The notes under the pieces: generated by a model
What the model was told of the DNA's origin: nothing
What the model saw: only the letters and a program-made list of their open reading frames with translations
Database searches by the model: none
Shown: piece after piece, positions 1 to 8,363 of the stretch
Numbering within the stretch: the stretch's first letter is position 1
How the letters are laid out: each line of letters starts with the position of its first letter
Assembly: GCF_003231495.1 (NCBI RefSeq)
Contig: NZ_PQWO01000016.1
Location: 60,001-92,000, forward strand
Direction of reading: 5' to 3'
DNA: 32,000 bases
From: Acaryochloris thomasi RCC1774
GTDB lineage: Bacteria; Cyanobacteriota; Cyanobacteriia; Thermosynechococcales; Thermosynechococcaceae
Made by a program: the position numbers and the translations under genes

Positions 1-290
1 ATACCAAGAACATCTTGCGTTTTGAGGTCGAGCAGGCTTACAGCAGCCTGCAGTCAAACTTCAAAAATATTTCAACCGCATCCAATACTGTTAATCAAGC
101 CGAAGAAGGCTTGCGTTTGGCGCGCCTCCGATTCCAGGCAGGTATTGGCACTCAACTCGAAATCACCACTGCAGAATCAGATTTAACGCAGGCTAGGGGG
201 AACTTAGTGGGGGCAATTCTAGATTACAATCGCGCATTAGCTGCCATACAGCGTGCCACCAGCTATCAGCAAGCCTTAGAACCCTTTTAA
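1..290 (+). CDS. TolC-family outer-membrane efflux protein, C-terminal fragment (5' end lies outside the window)
   Basis: The frame is open from base 3 to TAA at 288-290. The translation ...AEEGLRLARLRFQAGIGTQLEITTAESDLTQARGNLVGAILDYNRALAAIQRA resembles the last helical repeat of TolC/OEP proteins. Confidence 0.65.
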   Translation, partial: TKNILRFEVEQAYSSLQSNFKNISTASNTVNQAEEGLRLARLRFQAGIGTQLEITTAESDLTQARGNLVGAILDYNRALAAIQRATSYQQALEPF

Positions 291-512
291 CTCTTTTCTG
301 TCAGCGAATATTAATATCTGCTTACAAAGCGAACAGTGTTGTGTCTTCTAGCATGAGGGACCGCAGATTTAGATAAAGCTTAACGCTGATTTGTTAAGAG
401 ACGTGGCAAACTTGCGAACTAAAGTCACGTCATCTTACAGACTCTAAAAATTGCGTATTTGGGCCCTCCAGGCCCATAAGATGGCACCGTTGGCTCATCT
501 CGGTTATGCACC

Positions 513-653
513 ATGAATAGAAATATTGAGTTTAAGAACCTACAAATGTGGTTCGCAGGCATTTGTTTTGTTCTAGTCAGCGCCTATCTCTTGACCGCCG
601 TTTCTGTCTTCGCATTCCGACTCCTCTCGCATTCCATCGCACTTTACTACTAA
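513..653 (+). CDS. Possible unannotated 46-aa single-pass membrane peptide
   Basis: Hand translation from ATG 513 to TAA 651-653 gives MNRNIEFKNLQMWFAGICFVLVSAYLLTAVSVFAFRLLSHSIALYY. It has one hydrophobic helix and is followed 31 nt later by a strong hairpin. It falls below the ORF-track size cutoff and has no clear Shine-Dalgarno sequence. Confidence 0.25.
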   Translation: MNRNIEFKNLQMWFAGICFVLVSAYLLTAVSVFAFRLLSHSIALYY

Positions 654-684
654 CGCTTTCTGTTCTTCAAAGTGAACAACAAAG

Positions 685-716
685 AGGCTGTTGGGTTGAT
701 ATCCAACAGCCTTTTT
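685..716. terminator. Intrinsic-terminator-like hairpin, potentially bidirectional
   Basis: A perfect 10-bp stem pairs AGGCTGTTGG (685-694) with CCAACAGCCT (703-712) around an 8-nt loop. A T-run follows at 713-716 on the + strand, and an A-rich run lies on the left flank. It sits just downstream of the minus-strand MAPEG gene stop (739) and downstream of the small + ORF. Confidence 0.6.
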
Positions 717-738
717 ACGCGTTAGCTCCTACCTTCAT

Positions 739-1146
739 TCAATTGAAAAGCTGCCACAGGATCACAAACAGAGACAGCAGAGAACCAACAAACGCTAGCG
801 ATCGCAACAGCGGCACTCCCAGAACGTAAGCGAACCCATGCAGAATTCTCAAGGCAACAATACCGACGGCAGCTCCATTGATGATGGGGTTGGCCTGCTC
901 TGTAATCTGCACAATCAGCAAAACAACGAGAATCATGGGTAAATTTTCAAAGTGATTCTTCCGAGCCCGTTCTGCTCGTTCAGCCCAAGGTGGAATGTCT
1001 GGCATCGTTTCTCGATTACTCAGTCCCCATTCCACGCCGCCAACCGCGAATCGGGCAATCGTGGGCATGTAGTTTAGCGGTAGAGACCAGAGCGATAAAA
1101 TTAGGGCGCAGATTAAAACAGTCGTCATATCGGGTAGGCCAGTCAT
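739..1146 (-). CDS. MAPEG-family membrane protein (glutathione-transferase-like)
   Basis: 135 aa with about 4 hydrophobic helices. The segment ERARKNHFENLP followed by ...RILHGFAYV resembles the MAPEG signature. An alternative start exists at Met7. Confidence 0.55.
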   Translation of the reverse strand: MTGLPDMTTVLICALILSLWSLPLNYMPTIARFAVGGVEWGLSNRETMPDIPPWAERAERARKNHFENLPMILVVLLIVQITEQANPIINGAAVGIVALRILHGFAYVLGVPLLRSLAFVGSLLSLFVILWQLFN

Positions 1147-1185
1147 TACAGCCTTAATCCTACCTGGGTATCGGTGAAGCCCAGC

Positions 1186-2226
1186 CTACCGTGTTTGAAA
1201 GATATTTTGAACCATTGCTTTATCCACTGAAGCGGCGGCCTGATCCAGTTCTGCGATCGCATCTGCCTCTAGACGCCAGCCCAAAGCTCCTATATTCTGC
1301 TGCGCCTGCTCCAGGGTCTTAGCACCAGGGATAGGAATAGTGCCCTTCGCAATACACCAGTTAAGCGCCACTTGGGCCATCGTTTTCTTCTTCGCACTGG
1401 CAACGGCTCGCAGGGTCTGCAGCAGGGGCTTCGCACCTGGCACAAGCTGCCGAAAAAGCTGCCCTCGCAATCCTTTTGGGAACGGTCCCTGCTCTGAATA
1501 TTTTCCGGTTAAAATACCCAGGGCCAAGGGACTATAGGCGATGAGCTGAATCCCAAACTCATCGCAGACCTCTTTCACAGCCAAGGTCGTCACGGGATAG
1601 GTTGACAGCAGAGAATACTGAACCTGCATCGTCGCAATGGGAACCCCTCGCTCCGCAAATTTACGCTGAACCCGCTTAAGGCTCTCAGGACCATAGTTTG
1701 AAAGACCCACTCCCTTGACAAAACCCTGCTCATAAAGATCCGCTAAGCCATCCAACAGAGGGCCTTCTTGCCAAGGCGCATAGTTAGCGGGAGACCAGTG
1801 CATTTGCACCAAATCAACTGGCCGACCTAAACGTCTGGCTGAGGCGTTGCCTGCAGCCACCATCGAACGGCGACTCAAACGCCAGGGATAAGCAGCAAGC
1901 TTTGTTGCAATACAGACCTGATCTCGATTGGGGCCTTTATAGGCTTGAGCGAAGCGCCCTAACAACTGCTCACTGCGACCATTTAGCCGCCCCGTACCGT
2001 AGGAATCTCCGGTATCGAAGAGCGTCACCCCCCGACTGACACACTCCTTGAATACGGCCTGGAGCTGTTCATCCATTTCCTCGGTGTATCCCCACAGCAG
2101 TCGATTGCCCCAAGCCCAGGTTCCACAACCCATCAGCGGCAAAGATAATCTAGAGGATGATGCTGATGACCTAAGACTGGTACTCAACCACCGTAAACGA
2201 GGCATCCGCAGCGGCATGGTGCACAC
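1186..2226 (-). CDS. Aldo/keto reductase
   Basis: Motifs seen: LMGCGTWAWG, FDTGDSYGTGRLNGRSEQLLG and IPIPGAKT. The overall pattern is AKR-like. The start codon is uncertain because the N-terminus is S/R-rich. Confidence 0.85.
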   Translation of the reverse strand: MCTMPLRMPRLRWLSTSLRSSASSSRLSLPLMGCGTWAWGNRLLWGYTEEMDEQLQAVFKECVSRGVTLFDTGDSYGTGRLNGRSEQLLGRFAQAYKGPNRDQVCIATKLAAYPWRLSRRSMVAAGNASARRLGRPVDLVQMHWSPANYAPWQEGPLLDGLADLYEQGFVKGVGLSNYGPESLKRVQRKFAERGVPIATMQVQYSLLSTYPVTTLAVKEVCDEFGIQLIAYSPLALGILTGKYSEQGPFPKGLRGQLFRQLVPGAKPLLQTLRAVASAKKKTMAQVALNWCIAKGTIPIPGAKTLEQAQQNIGALGWRLEADAIAELDQAAASVDKAMVQNIFQTR

Positions 2227-2689
2227 CTAATAAGTTCAACAGACTAATTCAATCGTCACCATAGCGCGATCTGCGACCCCAGCAGTTGCAAAAGACATGC
2301 TTTTAGATCACTCAGCTCGCACGATTCACTGTCTGTACCTTTGGTGTTGCTCTAGGCCTGTTCTACATTTGACTTCACCGGCCAATCAGGATGCTTTCTA
2401 AACCCACTCTTCACGGAAAATCCACATTCTTCATTTAACATTTCGTTACTACTAATAGATAGGTTTAAACCTTAAGTATTCCAGGACACAAAATTAGGTA
2501 TTAAGTGAGGTATTGTTCCACAGTAGAGCTATCAGTGATGGCAGTATTTGAGAGCATAAAAAGTAAATTAATTTTCTGTGCTGAGAGAAAAATGGCGTTT
2601 GTGCATCGTACATACAGATCTTAAGTACGAATCTGCTAGAAGTATCGAAGCAGACATCTCTATCACATCCGATCGTTGGTGGGAAATCC

Positions 2690-3454
2690 ATGCTTACAAA
2701 GGTTCAGGTCGAGATTCTTCAAGGCATTATTGGGGTTAACAAAAGCCCTGAGATCGTCACGATCAAAAATCGTAAGGGCGTGCCAAAAAATTATGCCTAT
2801 GGGCTGATCTCAGGTAGTCGCTTGGATCTCGATAGTTTAAAGAATAGGGGGCTTCTCTCATTCAGGAGAGGTTACTGTGAGCCACAGGTAAGCAGTGAGG
2901 GACTATCTGTTTTAAGAAAATTCCAGATTCTGAGTTTATTAGAAGATGGCTTATCACAAAACCTCAGGTTTATTGATGAAGAAATCTGTGAGCAGATACC
3001 TGAGGTTGATATTAAAGACATTCAGAACTTACTAATTGACCTACAAAGCAACGAGCTAATTGCAGGAGAGCTGCGCTTTTCTCCTCAAGACCAAGCTGTC
3101 TATCGGTTCGCTGATGCTTGGGTTACAGATTGGGGGCATGTCGCTCTGCAAACGCCCGATGTCTTTTGGAATAAATTGGGAAAAGCCCAAGCCTTAAAGC
3201 AGCCTCAAGGTAAAAGAAAGACTCATCCCGTAGAAGCGCAGTTCTCTCAGGCCAAAAATAGCGAGCGCATGCGAGCCGTCGCTTCGGCAGAATCTGCAGA
3301 GGGCATCCCTGACTCGATCCCTTATATGGAAGCTCATATTGAGGCGTTGAAGGCTCTGGCTCAGTCTATTCCAGATGATCGTCGCTCTCAGGTGATGGCG
3401 ATTTTGAATCATTTAAGCCAAGCAGTAGAGTCTCCAGAAAGACAATGTGCCTAG
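2690..3454 (+). CDS. Hypothetical protein
   Basis: 254-aa ORF with no competing ORF. The 5' half is AT-richer than its surroundings. No motif was recognised. Confidence 0.5.
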   Translation: MLTKVQVEILQGIIGVNKSPEIVTIKNRKGVPKNYAYGLISGSRLDLDSLKNRGLLSFRRGYCEPQVSSEGLSVLRKFQILSLLEDGLSQNLRFIDEEICEQIPEVDIKDIQNLLIDLQSNELIAGELRFSPQDQAVYRFADAWVTDWGHVALQTPDVFWNKLGKAQALKQPQGKRKTHPVEAQFSQAKNSERMRAVASAESAEGIPDSIPYMEAHIEALKALAQSIPDDRRSQVMAILNHLSQAVESPERQCA

Positions 3455-3591
3455 GACATATCTGAGTGCTTCTGCACCCGCTTCCTGAGTCTTGCGGCTT
3501 TAAGAGCTATTGAGGAGGAGGCTTCCTTGAAGTCATCCAAATTTAAGGGTTTCTGGAGCTTGCAAAATACGGCACCAGCTTCGCGGCCTTT

Positions 3592-4290
3592 ATGCGGATG
3601 CGGCAAGCATCTACAAAGCTAACTCTAATCGATAGGATAGTTTCTAAGGAGCTAGATGTCTCAACGATATCTACCATTCTGTTCTGTTCAAGATTGGGAG
3701 GCTATTGGTTGCAGCCATTGCTCATCACTATTTCTGTCGTTTCATGCTGCTGCTTGGGAGGCAGCTACTTTATGGAGCGACCCATTCTGGCGCAGACCTC
3801 GACTACTCTGAACCAGACGATTCACAAGGCTCGCTCTGCCTTTCAAGCGGGAAGGTATGCTGAGGCGGAAGAACTGTGGCGAAAAGTCGTGGAACAACAA
3901 CCCAACTCTGCTGAAGCTTTCTACGAACTGGGCTTTAGTTTGCACCTACAGGAAGAAATTGGAGCTGCGATCGCATCCTATCAAAAAGCTCTCTCGCTCG
4001 ATCCCAATTACGATACGCCGTATATAAATTTAGGGCTGGCATTCATTGAGTTAATGCAGTATGACGAAGCAGATCAAGCTTTTCAGAAGGTGTTGAGCTT
4101 CCCAGACCAGCCTGAAACACCTGCCTCAACCCATGCCCTTGCCCACTACAACTTAGCGATTATCTATAAGCGTCAAGACGATCTAGAGCGTGCTCGTCAG
4201 CATGTTCAGAGCGCTCTAGCCCTCGCGCCAGATTTCCAAGCTGCCCAGGCTCTGCTTCAGCAGATAGAAACACCCCAGACTGAAGAGTAA
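3592..4290 (+). CDS. TPR-repeat protein (start uncertain; possible N-terminal membrane or lipoprotein signal)
   Basis: Repeated 34-aa TPR-like units, for example AEAFYELGFSLHLQEEIGAAIASYQKALSLDPNY and YINLGLAFIELMQYDEADQAFQKVL. A hydrophobic segment LLITISVVSCCC precedes them. Confidence 0.75.
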   Translation: MRMRQASTKLTLIDRIVSKELDVSTISTILFCSRLGGYWLQPLLITISVVSCCCLGGSYFMERPILAQTSTTLNQTIHKARSAFQAGRYAEAEELWRKVVEQQPNSAEAFYELGFSLHLQEEIGAAIASYQKALSLDPNYDTPYINLGLAFIELMQYDEADQAFQKVLSFPDQPETPASTHALAHYNLAIIYKRQDDLERARQHVQSALALAPDFQAAQALLQQIETPQTEE

Positions 4291-4295
4291 TGTGG

Positions 4296-4952
4296 CTATG
4301 ATTGACGCATTGCTCGCTGCCGTAGTCTCACCATCACCTTCACCCGACGTCTAAAGTTCTCTAGGTCTGGCTCACTGATCTGAGTTGACTGCCAAGGGAC
4401 GCGATCCATCAACCGTTGCTGCCACTGCTCCAGGTTGGGATAAGACTCCAATGGCACTCCTAGTGCAACCGTGAGCTGAATGGCAATACCGGCCACAATA
4501 TCTCCCAAGCTGAACATGTTTCCCCCAATGTAGGTGGAGTCTCCCAAGAGGTCGGACATGAAGGCAAGCGGAAGCTCCTGCTGGGCCTGCTGCCATTTAG
4601 GGGAGTCTTTGTTTTCACAGATCAGGGGAATAACCTTGGGGAAAAACTCGTTGGCCGTCACCAGTTGAGCCATGCGGACGGTTGCGATTGCACCTGCCTC
4701 AGCGGGCATGAGAGCCGGTGTCGGATACTTGGCTTCCAGGTAATCCATAATGGCTATGGATTCCACGATCCGCAAGCCATCATCGACGACAACAGGGATG
4801 TGGTGAAAGGGATTGATGGCGAGAAAATCGGGTTCATACTGATCGCCATCCATCTTAATCACCATTGGCTCAAAGGAAATCTGCTTCTCTAGCAGGGTTA
4901 ACCAAACCCGTCGGGCATTGGGAGATAGGGGATTGTAGTAGAACTTCAGCAT
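4296..4952 (-). CDS. Glutathione S-transferase
   Basis: N-terminal thioredoxin-like GST pattern: KFYYNPLSPNARRVWLTLLEK...INPFHHIPVVVDDGLRIVESIAIMDYLEAKYP. An AGGA ribosome-binding site lies 8 nt upstream of the ATG. Confidence 0.85.
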   Translation of the reverse strand: MLKFYYNPLSPNARRVWLTLLEKQISFEPMVIKMDGDQYEPDFLAINPFHHIPVVVDDGLRIVESIAIMDYLEAKYPTPALMPAEAGAIATVRMAQLVTANEFFPKVIPLICENKDSPKWQQAQQELPLAFMSDLLGDSTYIGGNMFSLGDIVAGIAIQLTVALGVPLESYPNLEQWQQRLMDRVPWQSTQISEPDLENFRRRVKVMVRLRQRAMRQS

Positions 4953-4970
4953 TCGTTATTCCTCTTATAT

Positions 4971-4994
4971 AAAACAGACCAATTGGTCTGTTTT
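4971..4994. promoter_or_regulatory. Perfect 24-bp palindrome; candidate TetR operator upstream of the GST gene (could also act as a hairpin after the tetR gene)
   Basis: AAAACAGACCAATTGGTCTGTTTT is fully self-complementary. It lies 19 nt upstream of the GST start and 46 nt downstream of the TetR stop. It shares the core AGACC-N4-GGTCT with the site at 5639-5654. Confidence 0.45.
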
Positions 4995-5040
4995 TGATCA
5001 AAAAAATATACGGAGTTGAGCGATATACATCAACGCTCAT

Positions 5041-5634
5041 CTATATACGTAGATACTCGTCAATGTAGTCGGTGAGATGTGCGATCGCACGTTCCAAATG
5101 CACCGGGTCATCGTAGAGTTTACTGATCATAATCGCTCCCTCAATCGTGGAGATTAGGATGGTTGCGAAGACGTCTGAGTCAACAGCGGGCTGCAGCTCA
5201 CCCTTTGCAATGCCGGTATCAACGATATGGCAAAGCAGTTTCCGCAGGTTCGTCATTGCTTGCTGGGCACGGGCCTTCAGGGCTGGGTGGGCGTCGTCGG
5301 CCTCGATAGCCGTATTCATCAAGGGGCAGCCACCTGCGACGGGGGGATGATCGATAAAGCTGCTGAAGACAGCCATGATTCCTAAAAGACGATCGGCTGC
5401 GTGGTGGTGCTGACGAAGGACGGCTCGATGGTGCTGAGCTAGGGTTGCGATCGCGTAGTCAAATGCAGCCAAAGATAGCTCATCTTTAGTTTTGAAGTGG
5501 TTATAAATACCTCCCTTCTTCAACCCCGTAACATCCATAACGTCAGACATAGAAGAACCCGCATAGCCCTGCTGGTTAAACAGTTCAGCAGCCTGATGCA
5601 AAATTCGAGCTTTAGTAATTTGACCCTTGGACAT
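5041..5634 (-). CDS. TetR/AcrR-family transcriptional regulator
   Basis: The N-terminal helix-turn-helix ARILHQAAELFNQQGYAGSSMSDVMDVTGLKKGGIYNHFKTKDEL is typical of the TetR family. Confidence 0.85.
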   Translation of the reverse strand: MSKGQITKARILHQAAELFNQQGYAGSSMSDVMDVTGLKKGGIYNHFKTKDELSLAAFDYAIATLAQHHRAVLRQHHHAADRLLGIMAVFSSFIDHPPVAGGCPLMNTAIEADDAHPALKARAQQAMTNLRKLLCHIVDTGIAKGELQPAVDSDVFATILISTIEGAIMISKLYDDPVHLERAIAHLTDYIDEYLRI

Positions 5635-5638
5635 ATTT

Positions 5639-5654
5639 AAGACCGATCAGTCTT
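5639..5654. promoter_or_regulatory. Imperfect palindrome; candidate autoregulatory TetR operator
   Basis: AAGACCGATCAGTCTT has the form AGACC-N4-AGTCT, one mismatch from the dyad core of the 4971-4994 site. It lies 5-20 nt upstream of the TetR start codon. Confidence 0.35.
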
Positions 5655-5730
5655 TTTTTAGAATACGAAGGCGATAAACCCCTGTCAAGATATTCCCAAG
5701 ACCTGTAATACTGCCGTCTCATATTTCCAT

Positions 5731-5761
5731 TAAAAATGCGGCACTGAGACCAGTGCCGCAT
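5731..5761 (-). terminator. Rho-independent terminator of ftsH
   Basis: An 11-bp perfect stem pairs ATGCGGCACTG (5736-5746) with CAGTGCCGCAT (5751-5761) around the loop AGAC. On the minus strand the hairpin is followed by a T-run (plus-strand A-run 5732-5735). It lies 40 nt after the ftsH stop. Confidence 0.7.
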
Positions 5762-5800
5762 TGAATCGATGATGCTCAACCGATGGAATGGAGATAGAGA

Positions 5801-7645
5801 CTATGCGATCGCAGCCATCTTCACATCGTTGTTGCTAAGAATAACCTGGAGTTCTTCTGAATCCACAGTTTCCTTCTCAATCAACTGATTTGCGATCGCA
5901 TCTAAAGTCGAATGGTTTGAGACCAAGACATCCTTGGCACGACGATAGGCTTGCTCTACTAGATTGCGAACCTCATCATCAATCGTCGCTGCTGTCTCTT
6001 CCGAGAAATCACGATCAGATGAAATGTCACGGCCTAGGAAAGGGTTGCCCTGAGATCGTCCTAGAGCAACAGGACCGAGGCGATCGCTCATCCCAAATCG
6101 CATCACCATCTGACGCGCCACTCGAGCCACCTGCTGTAGGTCATTAGAGGCACCCGTTGTTACCTCTTCTTCACCGAAGATTAGCTCTTCAGCAATTCGG
6201 CCACCCAGGGCAACCGCCATTTGATTTTGCAGATAGCTGCGGCTGTAGAGACCTGAGTCCATCGCATCTTCGTTGGGTGTGAACCAAGTTAGACCACCCG
6301 CACGTCCCCGAGGAATAATACTGATTTTCTGCACTGGGTCATAGTCAGGCATTAGCGCACCCACAAGAGCATGTCCCGCTTCGTGGTAAGCCACCAAAGT
6401 CTTGCGCTTGTCGCTCATGACGCGATCCTTCTTCTCAGGACCGGCAAGGACGCGATCAATAGCGTCATTTACCTCATCCATTGAGATTTCAGTTAAGCTG
6501 CGGCGGGCGGCCAAAATAGCTGCTTCATTCAGCAAGTTAGAAAGATCAGCACCCGTGAAACCAGGAGTACGACGCGCAATACGCTCTAGATCAACATCCT
6601 TCGCCAAAGTTTTGCCACGGGCATGGACGTTAAGAATTTCAGCGCGTCCTTTGTAGTCAGGCCGATCCACAACAACCTGACGGTCAAAACGACCGGGGCG
6701 CATGAGGGCTGAATCTAGAACGTCAGGACGGTTAGTCGCCGCGATGATGATAATACCGGTATTGCCCTCAAAACCATCCATCTCGGTCAAGAGCTGGTTA
6801 AGCGTTTGCTCACGCTCATCGTTACCGCCCCCGAGACCTGCGCCCCGCTGACGACCCACAGCATCAATCTCATCAATAAAGACAATACAAGGAGCGTTGG
6901 TTTTTGCCTGTTCAAACAGGTCACGGACTCGGGATGCACCCACGCCCACAAACATTTCTACGAATTCAGAACCAGAGATTGAGAAGAAAGGAACACCCGC
7001 TTCTCCCGCAACCGCCTTAGCGAGTAGTGTCTTACCTGTTCCAGGAGGTCCAACAAGCAACACACCTTTGGGAATCTTGGCACCAATGGCCGTGAACCGA
7101 TCTGCGTTCTTCAGGAAGTCTACAACCTCAGTCAGCTCTAGCTTTGCCTGCTCAATACCGGCAACATCACCGAACGTCACCTGAGTTTGAGGTTCCATCT
7201 GGACTCGCGCTTTGGACTTACCAAAGTTCATCGCCTGATTCCCGGGACCACTCTGAGCACGACGGAACAGGAAGAACAGACCCACTAACAATAGGATGGG
7301 CACCAAGAAAGTGCTCAGCGCCTTAAAGATAAAGCTTTCGTCACCTTGGGGTAAGACAGCAATATCGACATCATTGTCGGTCAGCAAATCAATGAACGTG
7401 GGGTCATTGGGCAGATTGACATTGACTCTAGAGCCATCCACCGTACCCGTCACGACCTGAGCCGTTGCGCGGTCAGAGCTGATATAAATTTTTTCTACTT
7501 TGTCACTTTGAACTTCCTGTACGAGCTTGCTGTAGCGCCAAGTCGTATTCGTTTGCTTCGGCTGATCAAAGAACGCTGTACCAAGGGCCAAAGCCACTAT
7601 CGCGAGCAGGGCATACAAGCCTGCGTTTCTCCACCGTTTATTCAC
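5801..7645 (-). CDS. ftsH: ATP-dependent zinc metalloprotease FtsH
   Basis: Motifs seen: Walker A GPPGTGKT, Walker [10 protein letters not shown], second region of homology [18 protein letters not shown], and zinc motif HEAGHA. Two N-terminal transmembrane segments. GTG start with an AGGAGG ribosome-binding site upstream. Confidence 0.95.
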   Translation of the reverse strand: MNKRWRNAGLYALLAIVALALGTAFFDQPKQTNTTWRYSKLVQEVQSDKVEKIYISSDRATAQVVTGTVDGSRVNVNLPNDPTFIDLLTDNDVDIAVLPQGDESFIFKALSTFLVPILLLVGLFFLFRRAQSGPGNQAMNFGKSKARVQMEPQTQVTFGDVAGIEQAKLELTEVVDFLKNADRFTAIGAKIPKGVLLVGPPGTGKTLLAKAVAGEAGVPFFSISGSEFVEMFVGVGASRVRDLFEQAKTNAPCIVFIDEIDAVGRQRGAGLGGGNDEREQTLNQLLTEMDGFEGNTGIIIIAATNRPDVLDSALMRPGRFDRQVVVDRPDYKGRAEILNVHARGKTLAKDVDLERIARRTPGFTGADLSNLLNEAAILAARRSLTEISMDEVNDAIDRVLAGPEKKDRVMSDKRKTLVAYHEAGHALVGALMPDYDPVQKISIIPRGRAGGLTWFTPNEDAMDSGLYSRSYLQNQMAVALGGRIAEELIFGEEEVTTGASNDLQQVARVARQMVMRFGMSDRLGPVALGRSQGNPFLGRDISSDRDFSEETAATIDDEVRNLVEQAYRRAKDVLVSNHSTLDAIANQLIEKETVDSEELQVILSNNDVKMAAIA

Positions 7646-7786
7646 CGGTTACCATCCTCCTGGGTCTAAAAATGTGAGGGCATCATCGCTTCTTTATTAA
7701 CTAATGTTAACGCAATCTCAGTTACACGTGTCAAAAATAGCGTCGCAGAATCCTGTTTCGATTTAGATCACGGAACTCAAGAGACG

Positions 7787-8281
7787 TTAGCGATTAAGCA
7801 ACAGAAGTGACAACAACGTGTGGTTCATCTTCTCCAAGGGGTTCAAAGCGCTCCTTGAATAGGTCAATAGGTCGAAGGCGTTACTGTCGATCACTAAGGC
7901 TCCTTTGGGTAGTTTGCTGCTACGTTTCATAACCCTTTCTTTCATCAATTTCTCCGAACAAGAGATGCAGTAGAACTTAGGTGCGGCGTTGACAGCCTGA
8001 GCTAGCGAACGAGCATTATCACGTGATGCACGACTCCAGAATCCGAAATCTAGTATGACATCCTGCTCAACCTCCAGAAGCTGAGTCGCCACGTGCCAAA
8101 TCAAGTCTGTGACGCGCTTGGAGTAATCCACAAAACACGCTTCAGGTGGGTTGTGACCATAGAGCCTGACCATCCACTCATCCAGCGTAAAACGCACAGC
8201 AGGAAGATCGTGTTCTAATTTTCGGGCAAATGTTGTCTTGCCTGCCCCTGTAAAACCATGAAGGAGATGAAGAGTTGCCAT
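7787..8281 (-). CDS. P-loop NTPase / small kinase-like ATP-binding protein (AAA_33-like)
   Basis: The N-terminal Walker A motif LHGFTGAGKTTFARKL and the 164-aa size fit small P-loop kinases. The C-terminal about 20 aa look atypical. Confidence 0.6.
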   Translation of the reverse strand: MATLHLLHGFTGAGKTTFARKLEHDLPAVRFTLDEWMVRLYGHNPPEACFVDYSKRVTDLIWHVATQLLEVEQDVILDFGFWSRASRDNARSLAQAVNAAPKFYCISCSEKLMKERVMKRSSKLPKGALVIDSNAFDLLTYSRSALNPLEKMNHTLLSLLLLNR

Positions 8282-8363
8282 CAGACAAGTACTTGTTCAA
8301 CTAACGACGTGTCTCGATGGTGCGGCAACCTTTAGCCATCCGTTGCGGCGCCCTTACTTTTGA

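Noticed and set aside
548-829. 93-aa + strand ORF from the track
   Set aside because: It starts at GTG, reads through the strong hairpin at 685-716, and overlaps the MAPEG gene antisense. Its composition is Arg/Ser/Leu-rich, as expected for an out-of-frame read. The shorter 513-653 frame is the only plausible coding frame here.
2130-2226. S/R-rich N-terminus of the aldo/keto reductase (MCTMPLRMPRLRWLSTSLRSSASSSRLS), reminiscent of a transit or targeting peptide
   Set aside because: It most likely reflects uncertainty in start-codon choice. AKR homology starts near LPLMGCGTWAWG, and nothing else supports a targeting function.
8285-8296. Perfect 12-bp palindrome ACAAGTACTTGT just upstream of the P-loop gene; considered as a cyanobacterial LexA-like box (RGTAC-N3-DGTWC)
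   Set aside because: The spacing between GTAC and the GTTC-like half does not fit the consensus. A 12-bp palindrome alone is weak evidence.
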